The notes under the pieces are model-generated. The model was not told the origin of the DNA. It did not search any database and worked only from the letters and a program-made list of their open reading frames with translations. This document shows positions 30,842 to 40,875 of a stretch of 64,000 nucleotides of DNA, piece after piece. Position 1 is the first letter of the stretch; each line of letters opens with the position of its first letter. The stretch is from Candidatus Geocrenenecus arthurdayi (GTDB taxonomy: Archaea > Thermoproteota > Nitrososphaeria_A > Caldarchaeales > Wolframiiraptoraceae), in assembly GCA_023539395.1 (NCBI GenBank), contig JAKCEX010000002.1, positions 2,680-66,679 on the forward strand. Direction: 5' to 3'. The position numbers and the translations under genes were made by a program.

Positions 30842-31177
30842 ACGGGAGAATAGAATCAATGTGATAACTAAGTCTAAGCGAGGAAGCTCACTACTAGATT
30901 TGTTAGACTATCTACCTACAGATTTTTAATCTTAATTGAAGATTGTTATTAAGGTTGAGGATAAATTAAGAATGTTGTCAAGATAGAGTTTAAAGATGTA
31001 ATGTAAAGCTTCTCAATGCTAACTTATAGTATTTTAAAGATATGGCAATGCTAAAAACGGGGGACGATCACCATGAAGATATAGCTATTATGATGTACAT
31101 AATACATTCTGGATAAGTATTGAATACTGGAAATGTTTAAATTCCGTATTGATGAGTTTTAAAATAGTCTCGGTAAA

Positions 31178-31624
31178 TTGATTGATGGAGGTGGCATCAT
31201 CAAGAATTCTTCTAGGCCTATTAAAGTATTGGTTGCGAAGCTAGGATTGAATGGGCATGATAGAGGTGCAAAAATTGTTGCTAGAGCTTTAAAAGATGCT
31301 GGCATGGAAGTTATCTATACAGGTATTAGGCAGACCCCTGAGCAGGTTGTTGAAACAGCTATTCAAGAAGATGTGGATGTAATAGGTGTAAGCATATTGA
31401 GTGGAGCTCACATAAGCTTGATGAAGAGGCTAATAGAAAACTTAAAAGAAAAAGGTGTAGAATATATCCCCGTATTCCTGGGCGGAACAATACCTTTACC
31501 AGATATACCTGAAATAGAAAAGATTGGCATAGGCAAAGTATTCTTACCAGGAACATCATTAAATGAGATTGTGAAATACGTATATGATGCCGCAATAAAG
31601 AAAAGGATGAAAGTACGTGATTGA
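31178..31624 (+). CDS. Methylmalonyl-CoA mutase, small B12-binding subunit
   Basis: DxHxxG cobalamin motif (LNGHDRGAK), plus SILSGAH and GG motifs. 148 aa. The TTG start is uncertain by a few codons. Confidence 0.9.
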   Translation: MIDGGGIIKNSSRPIKVLVAKLGLNGHDRGAKIVARALKDAGMEVIYTGIRQTPEQVVETAIQEDVDVIGVSILSGAHISLMKRLIENLKEKGVEYIPVFLGGTIPLPDIPEIEKIGIGKVFLPGTSLNEIVKYVYDAAIKKRMKVRD

Positions 31625-32582
31625 AGAATACATCTATGAATATATTGAGAAAGCGAAAAAGAATGATAAAGGGTCTATAGGGAGGCTACTAACATTTCTA
31701 GAATCATCACCTTCTCAAGCTTTTAAAGTTCTCAATATAATCCTGAGAAATAATGTGGGTAAAGCACATGTAATTGGTTTCACAGGTATACCAGGCTCTG
31801 GGAAAAGCACGTTAATTTCCAAGCTGATACATCAATACATTAAAGATAATCATAAGATAGCTGTTATAGCGATTGATCCTACAAGCCCACTATCTAGAGG
31901 AGCTTTTCTAGGTGATAGGATCAGGATGCAGGAGCACTCACTGAATCCAAACGTGTTTATTAGGAGTGTATCTACGAGAGGTTTGAAAGGAGGTTTATCA
32001 TTCGCAGGAGTGGCAATGGTAGAATTATTCGACTATCTTGGATATGATAAGATATTTATTGAAACAGTAGGTGTAGGTCAAGCTGAAACCGATATAATGA
32101 ATATTGCTCATACAGTTATTGTAGCAACTATGCCTGGAGTTGGAGATGAGATACAGGTATTGAAAGCAGGGGTTATGGAGATAGCTGACATCTATGTATT
32201 AAATAAATCTGATAAAGAAGAAAGCCTTAAGACATTTGAATACTTAAGCTTCATCATTGAGTCAGGGGAGATTGGAAGCAGAGTTGGATGGAAACCTAGA
32301 CTTCTGAAGACTTCAGCATTAATGGGGCAGGGGATTCAAGAGCTTAGGAAAGCTATTGAAGAACACCTAGAATACTGTACTAGCCAAGGTTATTTCAACC
32401 ATAAGATTAATCTAAGGAGGAAGACGCTAGTTAAATTATTCTTAGAGAAAACATTGTTGGATAAACTGAGTGAAGAATTCGAAGAATTAAAATCTATGGA
32501 TATTGAGGATTTTAGCAGCCAATTAGACATTCTAAGAAAGAAGATAGAAAACTTCCTGAGAGAATTCGATAAATATACTTGA
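31617..32582 (+). CDS. meaB: MeaB/ArgK-type G-protein chaperone of methylmalonyl-CoA mutase
   Basis: P-loop [16 protein letters not shown], and NKSD specificity motif. It overlaps the upstream gene by 8 nt. Confidence 0.9.
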   Translation: MIEEYIYEYIEKAKKNDKGSIGRLLTFLESSPSQAFKVLNIILRNNVGKAHVIGFTGIPGSGKSTLISKLIHQYIKDNHKIAVIAIDPTSPLSRGAFLGDRIRMQEHSLNPNVFIRSVSTRGLKGGLSFAGVAMVELFDYLGYDKIFIETVGVGQAETDIMNIAHTVIVATMPGVGDEIQVLKAGVMEIADIYVLNKSDKEESLKTFEYLSFIIESGEIGSRVGWKPRLLKTSALMGQGIQELRKAIEEHLEYCTSQGYFNHKINLRRKTLVKLFLEKTLLDKLSEEFEELKSMDIEDFSSQLDILRKKIENFLREFDKYT

Positions 32583-32860
32583 ACCTGCTTATTCCAGTAA
32601 AAGTGATGATTCTAGAACATCTCTAATAGCATATATAGGTAGCTGCATTCAAAAGTCTATACTTGGGTTGAGCATCCCATAGAATAGATGGGAAATCATG
32701 TTATATTCTAGTACAATTTTAATATAATCTACAGATAGCGTATTAGTGAAGCATCCACCATAGATTAAATGAAACCTCAAAGATTTCAGTCTTCTATAAG
32801 ATTAATCCTAAAAATAAGAATATAGTGTTTAGAGAAAAATTGGAAAGTTTTAGTATTGCC

Positions 32861-34198
32861 TCATCCTACCTCTTGGTCGGAGATTTTCAGTGCTTCATCT
32901 AATGCTTCTACACCCTTATCTATGTCTTCTCTTGTAGCTATCAAGGGTGGAGCAATCAGTAGATTATTTACCCATCCGATAACGAATACTCCTAGTTCAG
33001 AAGCTCTTGAAGCTACTTTCTCGACAACGATAGGTCTACCATATAGTTTATCCTTAGGAGTATTCATTGGTTTCCTAGTTTTTCCATCTCTCGTGAGGTC
33101 GATTGCCCAGAACATCCCAAGCCCTCTAACTTCACCTACACTTGGATGATTTTCTTTAAGTTCCCCAAGTCTCTTACCTAGATATTCTCCTACAATTTTG
33201 ACGTTCTCTTTAATTTTTAATCTATTGTATTCGTTTATAGTTGCTATACCAGCTGCAAGCGTTACAGGGTGAGCTTCATATGTATGTCCATGAGCGAATA
33301 GATGTTCTTCAAAATAATCTGATATTTCTTTTGATACACCTGTCACCCCTAAGGGTAAGTAACCTGAGGTAACGCCTTTAGCTGTTGTTATAATGTCTGG
33401 TTCAACACTCCAATGTTGAACAGCGAACCACTCGCCTGTTCTAAGCCATCCACTCATGACTTCATCAGCTATCAATAATACATTATGTTCTCTCGTTATC
33501 TCTCTTAGACGTGGTAGGTATTCGGGTGGGGGTACAATTACTCCATTTGTACCGACTACAGGCTCAACTATGACTGCTGCAACATCATCTTCATGTTGAA
33601 GCATATAATCTATATACTCTGCGCAGGTTATACCGCACTCGGGATAACTTAACTTGAATGGGCATCTATAACAATAGCATTCTGGAGCAAACTGTGTTCC
33701 TGGAACAGTATGATAGCCATCTATAGGTATTCTACGTAATTCTCCAGTAACTGATATTGAAGCAGCGGTAGAACCATGGTAGCTCCTGTAACGGGAGATA
33801 ATCTTGTGCTTCCTAGTATACATCCTAGCAATCTTTAATGCTGCTTCTACAGCTTCTGTACCAGAAGTAGAATAGAAGAACTTTATGATATTCCCTGGCA
33901 TAATCTCTAGAAGCATCTTGCTTAACTCAGCTCTAACATCACATGTAAAAGCAGGAGTAAGATATTGAAGCTTCTTCATGTACTCGTATATCGATTCAAT
34001 AATGTTTCTATTTCCATGACCAATGTTTATACATATCAATTGAGATGAAAAATCTAGATATTTCTTGCCACTTGAATCAGTAAAGTAGCATCCTTCAGCT
34101 GAAACAACATTTATAGGCTTCCAAGTCTTCTGGATTCTCCAAGTCCCGAAGATGTGTTTCCTCGATAACTCTATAACATCTTCAGACATGTCTGACAA
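32861..34198 (-). CDS. Class III (omega) PLP-dependent aminotransferase
   Basis: GSTAAS..., ADEVMSGW and the PLP lysine context TTAKGVTSGYLPLG. 445 aa. Confidence 0.88.
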   Translation of the reverse strand: MSDMSEDVIELSRKHIFGTWRIQKTWKPINVVSAEGCYFTDSSGKKYLDFSSQLICINIGHGNRNIIESIYEYMKKLQYLTPAFTCDVRAELSKMLLEIMPGNIIKFFYSTSGTEAVEAALKIARMYTRKHKIISRYRSYHGSTAASISVTGELRRIPIDGYHTVPGTQFAPECYCYRCPFKLSYPECGITCAEYIDYMLQHEDDVAAVIVEPVVGTNGVIVPPPEYLPRLREITREHNVLLIADEVMSGWLRTGEWFAVQHWSVEPDIITTAKGVTSGYLPLGVTGVSKEISDYFEEHLFAHGHTYEAHPVTLAAGIATINEYNRLKIKENVKIVGEYLGKRLGELKENHPSVGEVRGLGMFWAIDLTRDGKTRKPMNTPKDKLYGRPIVVEKVASRASELGVFVIGWVNNLLIAPPLIATREDIDKGVEALDEALKISDQEVG

Positions 34199-34298
34199 GT
34201 ATACTTGAAGCTAAATAACTTTTTTGTTGAAAAATTAAATTTATTGGATACCCTTAAGAGATTGTTTTATGAAACCGGCTAATAGAGTTGATTGATGT

Positions 34299-34853
34299 AT
34301 GGAATCCGGCCTCTTAAAACTCTTCATTAATAGATTAGAAGATCTAGGAGCGAAAACATACATATGCCACAGCATAGAAGACTTACTTCAACATGTAAAT
34401 GATTTAATCAAGGAAGTGAAAACGCAGATACTCATAACAGGCTCAGAGACAGAATATATGAAGCAGCTAATCGAAAGATTGAGAGAAAATAACCAGGACA
34501 TACGAGTCATAAGAGTAGACTCTACTACTCCAATATATGATGCAGAGTTATCTATAGGTTTCCCTGAGCTAGCTCTTGCTAATACAGGTACGGTTATTTA
34601 TAGGGCTTCTTCAGGAATAGAGGAAGCATCCATCTATTTTCCAGAAATACATGCCTCAATAATATCGAAAAACAAGATATTATATGACGTTGAGGATTTG
34701 GAAGATTATGTTGATGATTTTCTAAGAAGAGGTGAATCTCTCTATTTTATAACTGGTCCAAGTAGTACCGCGGATATAGAGGGGGAGATAGTTAAAGGTG
34801 TTCATGGCCCCAGAAGATTCTATGTATTCATAATTAATGGTGAATCTGCATGA
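34299..34853 (+). CDS. LUD-domain protein (LutC-like)
   Basis: C-terminal ITGPSSTADIEGEIVKGVHGPRRFYVFII matches the LUD/LutC signature. Confidence 0.65.
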   Translation: MESGLLKLFINRLEDLGAKTYICHSIEDLLQHVNDLIKEVKTQILITGSETEYMKQLIERLRENNQDIRVIRVDSTTPIYDAELSIGFPELALANTGTVIYRASSGIEEASIYFPEIHASIISKNKILYDVEDLEDYVDDFLRRGESLYFITGPSSTADIEGEIVKGVHGPRRFYVFIINGESA

Positions 34854-36940
34854 GATTAGAAGAACAAGTACTTGAGAAGCTCTCCCTCTACAAAGATACC
34901 TGGCCTATGTTAAAGAACAATCTAAGGATTAGAGAGAGGAGAGAAAAGATTATCTCAGAGGTTAGCGCAGAACTTTTAAGAGAAGTTAGAAAGATTAAGG
35001 AAGAATCGATAGAAAACTTGGAGCAAAATATTGAACGTTTAAGAAAAGCTCTACAAGAAAGAGGAGCTGAATTAAGGATTGCTAGAGATGGTGCAGAAGC
35101 CTCAAGGATTGTTTTAGAGGTCTGTAAACAGTATGGTGTTAAGCTTGTTGTTAAGTCTAAGTCCCTAACAACAGAAGAGATAGAATTAAACAAGGTTCTA
35201 GAATCAGAGAATATAGAGGTTATCGAGACAGACCTTGGAGAGAGAATAGTCCAGCTTGCAGGGCAAAAGCCTTCACATATTCTCGGCCCAGCATTCCATA
35301 TGACGAAGAATGAAGTAGCAGAGATATTCACAAAATATTATGGTAGACCAATACCTCCAGATCCTCAGCAGATAGTACTAGAAGTTAGAAAAGAATTTAG
35401 AGAAAAATATCAGAGAGCTGGGATGGCTATTACTGGAGCAAACTTTATCATTGCAGAGAATGGAGCTATGGTTCTAGTAACTAATGAGGGGAACGATAGA
35501 TTAGCCTTAGCCTTCGCTCCAATCCATATAGTTGTAGCAGGTGTAGAGAAGATCGTATCATCAACTAGAGATGTATTAAAGATTCTAAAGATTCTACCTA
35601 GAAATGCTACTGGTCAACGCTTAAGCTCATATGTATCCTTCCATCTTCCAAATATGACTGCATATCCTAGAGAAGCTAAACTAAGCCCTCGTAGAACAAT
35701 CTACATCCTCATAGATAATGGGAGGATGGAGGCACGTCAAGACCGAGAAATAAAAGAGATACTATACTGTATTAGATGTGCTTCTTGTTTACAGGTTTGC
35801 CCACCATATAACATGGTTGGAGGCCACGTCTTCGGATACATATACAGTGGTCCCATGGGGATACCCTGGACGATGATAGCTCATGGGCTTGAGAAGACCT
35901 CCTTCTCACAGCTCTGCAATACATGTGGATTATGTAGAGAAGCATGCCCACTCGATATAAACCTCCCATACATAAACTCCATAGTAAAAGAAAGATACGG
36001 TAAGAGATTTGGTTATCCATCACTGAATAAATTATTAAAAAGATATGAAAGATTAATCACATTAGCAAGTAGAGCTCCAAACCTATCTAATAAATTGCTA
36101 AACTCCAATTTTGCCAGGAAAGTTATGGAGAAATTTATAGGGATAGATTCAAGGAGGCCTTTACCTAGATTATCAGAGAAGAACCTAGGGGAAATCTTTA
36201 CTGAGTTAGGGCTACCTGAGAAAGGCAACATAGTACTATACACAGACTTATTAATCTATTACATGTATCCCGATTGGGCGGTTAAAGCAGCTAAGATTCT
36301 ATCATCTCTAGGTTATAGAATCATTATACCATCTTTGAAGAGTTGTGGTATGCCTCTAATCCAGTATGGCTTCATGGATGATGCAAGAAGAATAGCGGGA
36401 TACAATGTTGAATATCTTTACAGCTTAATTGAGCAAGGCTACATCGTAGTCTCTCTAGAACCTACAGCTCAGGAATGTCTAACAAATTATTATCCTAAAC
36501 TTTTAGCAAGCGAGAAATCTAGAATAGTAGCTGAGAATAGCTATGGGTTCTTCGAGTTCTTAAAGAAGATAGGCTGGAAGGAGGTTACAAAAGTATTAAA
36601 GAGTTTAGGAGGAGTACACGTTACATATCATCTACCATGCCATTCAAGAGCTAGAGATGGAAGCATAGTCGTAAAAGAATTCCTTGAAGCTTTAGGAGCT
36701 AAAGTCTACTTTAAGAAGATTGGATGCTGTGGGCTTGCAGGAACTTGGGGGATGAAGAAAAATGGACACGGCTACGATGTCAGTATAGAGATCGGTAGAT
36801 ACTTAGTAAAAGAATATGAAAAACTAGGTGGAGAATTTATCGTAACGGAGTGCAGTATATGTCTTCTCCAGTTCCAGCATCTCTCTAATCTACCATGTAG
36901 GCACCCACTCCAACTAGTACAACTAGCATCCATTGAATGA
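34850..36940 (+). CDS. Iron-sulfur oxidoreductase: LutB-like domain fused to LutA/GlpC-like CCG domains
   Basis: KSKSLTTEEIELN...ETDLGERIVQL...PSHILGPAFH matches LutB. Two 4Fe-4S motifs are present (CIRCASCLQVCPP, CNTCGLCREACP). The C-terminal half has two Cys-rich CCG-type repeats (CHSRA..., CCGLAG, CSICLLQ). It overlaps LutC by 4 nt. Confidence 0.75.
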   Translation: MRLEEQVLEKLSLYKDTWPMLKNNLRIRERREKIISEVSAELLREVRKIKEESIENLEQNIERLRKALQERGAELRIARDGAEASRIVLEVCKQYGVKLVVKSKSLTTEEIELNKVLESENIEVIETDLGERIVQLAGQKPSHILGPAFHMTKNEVAEIFTKYYGRPIPPDPQQIVLEVRKEFREKYQRAGMAITGANFIIAENGAMVLVTNEGNDRLALAFAPIHIVVAGVEKIVSSTRDVLKILKILPRNATGQRLSSYVSFHLPNMTAYPREAKLSPRRTIYILIDNGRMEARQDREIKEILYCIRCASCLQVCPPYNMVGGHVFGYIYSGPMGIPWTMIAHGLEKTSFSQLCNTCGLCREACPLDINLPYINSIVKERYGKRFGYPSLNKLLKRYERLITLASRAPNLSNKLLNSNFARKVMEKFIGIDSRRPLPRLSEKNLGEIFTELGLPEKGNIVLYTDLLIYYMYPDWAVKAAKILSSLGYRIIIPSLKSCGMPLIQYGFMDDARRIAGYNVEYLYSLIEQGYIVVSLEPTAQECLTNYYPKLLASEKSRIVAENSYGFFEFLKKIGWKEVTKVLKSLGGVHVTYHLPCHSRARDGSIVVKEFLEALGAKVYFKKIGCCGLAGTWGMKKNGHGYDVSIEIGRYLVKEYEKLGGEFIVTECSICLLQFQHLSNLPCRHPLQLVQLASIE

Positions 36941-36995
36941 AAAGAAGATTTCTAATAGTAAAGATTGAAATCAACCCAAAATAATAGATATAAGG

Positions 36996-37547
36996 ATGAG
37001 TAAGATGGGGAAGTATGGTCGAGGAGATACTGGGGAAACATACCTCTTAACTGGTGAGAAGGTCTGGAAAGATGACCCAAGACTTGAAGTTATTGGTGGT
37101 CTAGATGAACTCTCATCAATTATTGGTTTAGCAAAATCATTTATTGAAGATGAAGATACCTGTAGGATTCTAGAAGCAATCCAAGGACATTTATTCACTA
37201 TAGGTTATAGGATCCAGTTTACCTCAGAAAGTTTAGAAGATATCAACGGGGAGATTAAGAATTCACTTGAAGATTTAGAGTCTTGGGTTAAAGATTATGA
37301 ATCTAAATTACCCATCCTTAAAAAATTCATACTTCCAGGAGGCCATGAATCTGCTGCAATACTCCACGTTGCAAGAGCTATAACTAGAAGAGTAGAACGT
37401 AGAATAATAACGCTATCTAGAAGAGAACCTATCCAGTCGGAGATCTTGGCTTACATAAATAGACTATCAACACTATTATTCCTACTAGCCAGATACATGA
37501 ATTTGAAGAGAGGGTACAAAGAGAAGGAGTGGACGCGTAAAATCTAG
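36996..37547 (+). CDS. ATP:cob(I)alamin adenosyltransferase, PduO/MMAB type
   Basis: GDTGETYLLTGEKVWKDDPRLEVIGGLDELSS and FILPGG...AAILHVARAITRRVER. Confidence 0.88.
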   Translation: MSKMGKYGRGDTGETYLLTGEKVWKDDPRLEVIGGLDELSSIIGLAKSFIEDEDTCRILEAIQGHLFTIGYRIQFTSESLEDINGEIKNSLEDLESWVKDYESKLPILKKFILPGGHESAAILHVARAITRRVERRIITLSRREPIQSEILAYINRLSTLLFLLARYMNLKRGYKEKEWTRKI

Positions 37548-37660
37548 TAATACATGAGGATAATTAAATCTACATCCACCTTAGACCGACTACTAGTCGA
37601 GATATTAGAGAAGGAAGTAAAACTCTTTTAATCTCTCTTGACAATTAATAGATAGGCGTC

Positions 37661-39088
37661 ATGGAAGAAGAATACAGACGACTAATGGCTAGGATTCTAA
37701 AAGCAGTCCCAGGATTAACCATAGAAGAATTAGAAGCACTAGTAAATGAGAAGGTTAAAACTCATCCATATCTTAATAAGGTTGGTGCGATTCTACTAGT
37801 AGCTGAAGAACTAAATGTTTTAGAATCTAGAGAAGAAGTTCCAGAAGAAGTTTTAGAAGAGTTAGCGTATGCTAGGATCGGAGACTTAGTTCCAGGGCTT
37901 AGTAACGTATATGTTAGAGGTGTAGTCTATGCAGTCATTGGACCTAGAGCTGCTGGAGAACATAGACTGCTTAGATTGAAGATAGGTGATAGGTCTGGGG
38001 TAACTGAAGTTTACGCGTGGAATGAGAAGATAGATGAGATTAGTAAGCTTTCAATAAAGATTGGTGATAATATTGCTATCATAAATGCATATACTAAAGA
38101 GAGGATTGAAACAGGGACTGTTGAGGTCCATTTAGGTAGAAACAGTATTGTGAAGAAGCTACCGCAAGACTCATCTCAACCACAGCCTCACTCATTCTAT
38201 AAGACTCTAACTCAGGTAATGGAAGAAGGTGATGGAGTCTATGATATAAGAGGATATCTAATATCAATAAGTGAAGAGAAGAAGCTTCTTACTAGATATG
38301 GGGAAGCCTCCATCATTGAGATAACTCTATCTGATGGATCTAGCCTAGCAAAAATAACTGTATGGAGGGATATGGTTGACCAGTTTAAGAACCTCTCACC
38401 AGGCATGGAGATATTCATTACAGATGTTAGGTTGGAAGATAATAAATTCTATCTAACTTCTAGGAGTACTCTATCAATGATTCATGAGGCTGGATTAGAG
38501 AAGATTAAAGAGATTAAGGAAAAGCTGGGTGAGAAGAAGATTGCAAGAATAATTGATATAGAGGCTCTTCCAAATTATACTATAATAACAGCTACAGATG
38601 GTGTAAAGATATTTCAATTAACATGCCGTGAAGAATTAGATTTGAAGCCTGGAGAGTATGTTGAAGTATATGGTATAGTTGATGATATGCGGACTCCCAG
38701 GAGGATGATAATGATAGATAAGGAAACACTTAAGAAGATTGAGAACCCCACTATAGATATATCTATACCAAGTAGATTAATCAGTTTAAAAGAAATAGCT
38801 GAGAAGAAAACTCTAACGGGGGAAGATGTAATCGTTGAAGGAATACTATATACTAAAACGAATATTGTAAATGTTGAGACGAGATATGGTATTGCAGAAA
38901 AGATCCTATTCTGGCTTAAAGATGAAGACATAGCAGTACAAGGAGTAGCATGGAGGTCTAAAGCACAAGAAGTCTCTATAATCCCCGAAGGAGCTAGAAT
39001 AAGAATAAAATGGGTAAAAATAAAACAAAACATATTCGGAGAACCAGAAATACATCTCAATTCATACTCAAAAATAGAAGCACTATAG
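37661..39088 (+). CDS. Multi-OB-fold ssDNA-binding protein, RPA-like
   Basis: The N-terminal helical domain (GLTIEELEALVNEK...GAILLVAEELNV) resembles euryarchaeal RPA. It is followed by 3-4 segments of ~90 aa with an OB-like pattern (e.g. VRGVVYAV...LKIGDRSG...V..W). No zinc-finger Cys is present. Confidence 0.55.
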   Translation: MEEEYRRLMARILKAVPGLTIEELEALVNEKVKTHPYLNKVGAILLVAEELNVLESREEVPEEVLEELAYARIGDLVPGLSNVYVRGVVYAVIGPRAAGEHRLLRLKIGDRSGVTEVYAWNEKIDEISKLSIKIGDNIAIINAYTKERIETGTVEVHLGRNSIVKKLPQDSSQPQPHSFYKTLTQVMEEGDGVYDIRGYLISISEEKKLLTRYGEASIIEITLSDGSSLAKITVWRDMVDQFKNLSPGMEIFITDVRLEDNKFYLTSRSTLSMIHEAGLEKIKEIKEKLGEKKIARIIDIEALPNYTIITATDGVKIFQLTCREELDLKPGEYVEVYGIVDDMRTPRRMIMIDKETLKKIENPTIDISIPSRLISLKEIAEKKTLTGEDVIVEGILYTKTNIVNVETRYGIAEKILFWLKDEDIAVQGVAWRSKAQEVSIIPEGARIRIKWVKIKQNIFGEPEIHLNSYSKIEAL

Positions 39089-39615
39089 AATCATTAACAA
39101 CTTTAATCATCTTCATCTGGAGGAAAGAATCTAACACTATACATAACATAGTTTATTGATAGAAATATCCAGTTCTCAGGTACATCACCCTAATAGAATT
39201 CTCCTCACAAAATATCTCTAAAGTTTTCAGAAGATCTCTCTCTACTCATTTACCCTAAATTATGTCCAAGATGTGGTATGCCTCCAGACCTAAGCCTAGA
39301 AAGATCAAAAAAGTTCTAGAATGTTAAGCTTCAGCCACTCATGATTTTTACAATCCTTGTCTTAACCCTGGATAATCCTAGTAGTCCAGGGAGTTCTTCA
39401 AGTTTTAGAGTTTCTCATTACATCCTCCATACATATATTTTTAAGCTAATCTATTTTGAAACTGCTAATAATGGGAACCTGTTTTTGAAAATCTTGAAAA
39501 CCGATTATGTTAAACAAAGCGTTTAATAAATATGATGATTATAAATAACTTAAAATTGCATAGATGGGTTTTAGGTATTAATAGTACATTGGGAAATAAT
39601 AATATGTGAGAGGTA

Positions 39616-40869
39616 TTGAGTCTAAGTGGTAAAGAGTTTCTAGATTCAGCTATCCAGCAGTTTGAAGATGCAGCTGACATACTGGGTCTTGAGGATAGCT
39701 TTAGAGAGATGTTGAAGATGCCTAAGAGGACTCTCATAGTTTCTGTACCAGTTAGAATGGATGATGGGTCGATTAAGACGTTTATGGGTGTACGTGTCCA
39801 GCATTCTGATGCTCTTGGACCATTTAAGGGTGGAATAAGGTATTATCCAACAGTGACAGTGGAAGAAGTTACTGCACTTGCTATGCTTATGACGTGGAAG
39901 ACAGCTGTTATGAATCTACCATATGGAGGAGCGAAAGGTGGAGTTAGATGCAATCCAAAACAGATGTCTTTGAATGAACTTGAAAGACTTACTAGGAGAT
40001 ACACGGCCATGATATACAATATAATTGGTCCACACATAGATATTCCAGCACCAGATGTATATACTGATGCTCAGACAATGGCTTGGATAATGGATACTTA
40101 TAGCCAGTTGAGAGGTGAGCCTACTCCAGCTGTTGTAACGGGTAAGCCTGTTAATCTAGGAGGTTGTGAGGGTAGAGCTGAAGCAACATCCTATGGTGTA
40201 GCTGTATGTGTTAGAGAATCTGCTAAAAAATTCGGGATGCCCTTAAAGAATGCAAGGATAGCTATTCAAGGATATGGTAATGTTGGAGCGTATGCTGCTG
40301 AGATACTATATGATTGGGGGGCTAAGATCATCGCTGTAAGCGATTCTAAAGGTGGAATACTATCACAGGATGGGTTAAATCCATATAAAGTTGGTGAACA
40401 TAAGAAGAAGACTGGAAGCGTCGTAGGATTCAATAATACCAAGAAGATTACGAATGAAGAATTACTTGAACTTGAATGTGATTTCCTTATTCCAGCAGCC
40501 TTAGAAGGTCAGATACATAAAGGGAATGCAGACAATATTAGAGCAAAAGTAATCATTGAAGGAGCCAATGGACCTGTTACTCCTGAAGCAGACAAGATCC
40601 TTAACCAGAAGGGTGTAAAAGTCATACCAGATATATTAGCGAGTGCAGGAGGGGTGACAGTAAGCTACTTAGAGTGGGTTCAGAATCTTCAAAGATTCTA
40701 CTGGACTAGGGAAGAAGTCCTTAGGAAGCTAGATGATAAAATGGTTAAAGCATTCAATGAAGTTGCTCAATACCAAGAAAAATATAATATAGATTATAGA
40801 AAAGCTGCAATGGCTCTCGCTGTAGAGAGGGTAGTCAATGCAATCAAATCTAGAGGGCTCTGGCCATAG
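39616..40869 (+). CDS. gdhA: Glutamate dehydrogenase
   Basis: Active-site stretch GPFKGGIRY...LPYGGAKGG, Rossmann motif GYGNVG, 417 aa, TTG start. Confidence 0.93.
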   Translation: MSLSGKEFLDSAIQQFEDAADILGLEDSFREMLKMPKRTLIVSVPVRMDDGSIKTFMGVRVQHSDALGPFKGGIRYYPTVTVEEVTALAMLMTWKTAVMNLPYGGAKGGVRCNPKQMSLNELERLTRRYTAMIYNIIGPHIDIPAPDVYTDAQTMAWIMDTYSQLRGEPTPAVVTGKPVNLGGCEGRAEATSYGVAVCVRESAKKFGMPLKNARIAIQGYGNVGAYAAEILYDWGAKIIAVSDSKGGILSQDGLNPYKVGEHKKKTGSVVGFNNTKKITNEELLELECDFLIPAALEGQIHKGNADNIRAKVIIEGANGPVTPEADKILNQKGVKVIPDILASAGGVTVSYLEWVQNLQRFYWTREEVLRKLDDKMVKAFNEVAQYQEKYNIDYRKAAMALAVERVVNAIKSRGLWP

Positions 40870-40875
40870 ATACTC

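Noticed and set aside
30842-31177. The spacer between the two methylmalonyl-CoA mutase subunits as a cobalamin riboswitch or hidden small gene.
   Set aside because: The region is AT-rich with no conserved B12-box-like or stable stem structure that I could see, and no ORF with a plausible start. Cobalamin riboswitches are not established in archaea.
39089-39615. An unusually long 527-bp gap upstream of gdhA containing a CPRCG zinc-ribbon-like reading frame (about 39197-39319) and track ORF 39341..39526.
   Set aside because: The CPRCG frame has no start codon upstream of the motif and only about 20 codons after its single Met. The region is AT-rich with no evident structure. It is probably promoter and spacer DNA or a decayed gene remnant.
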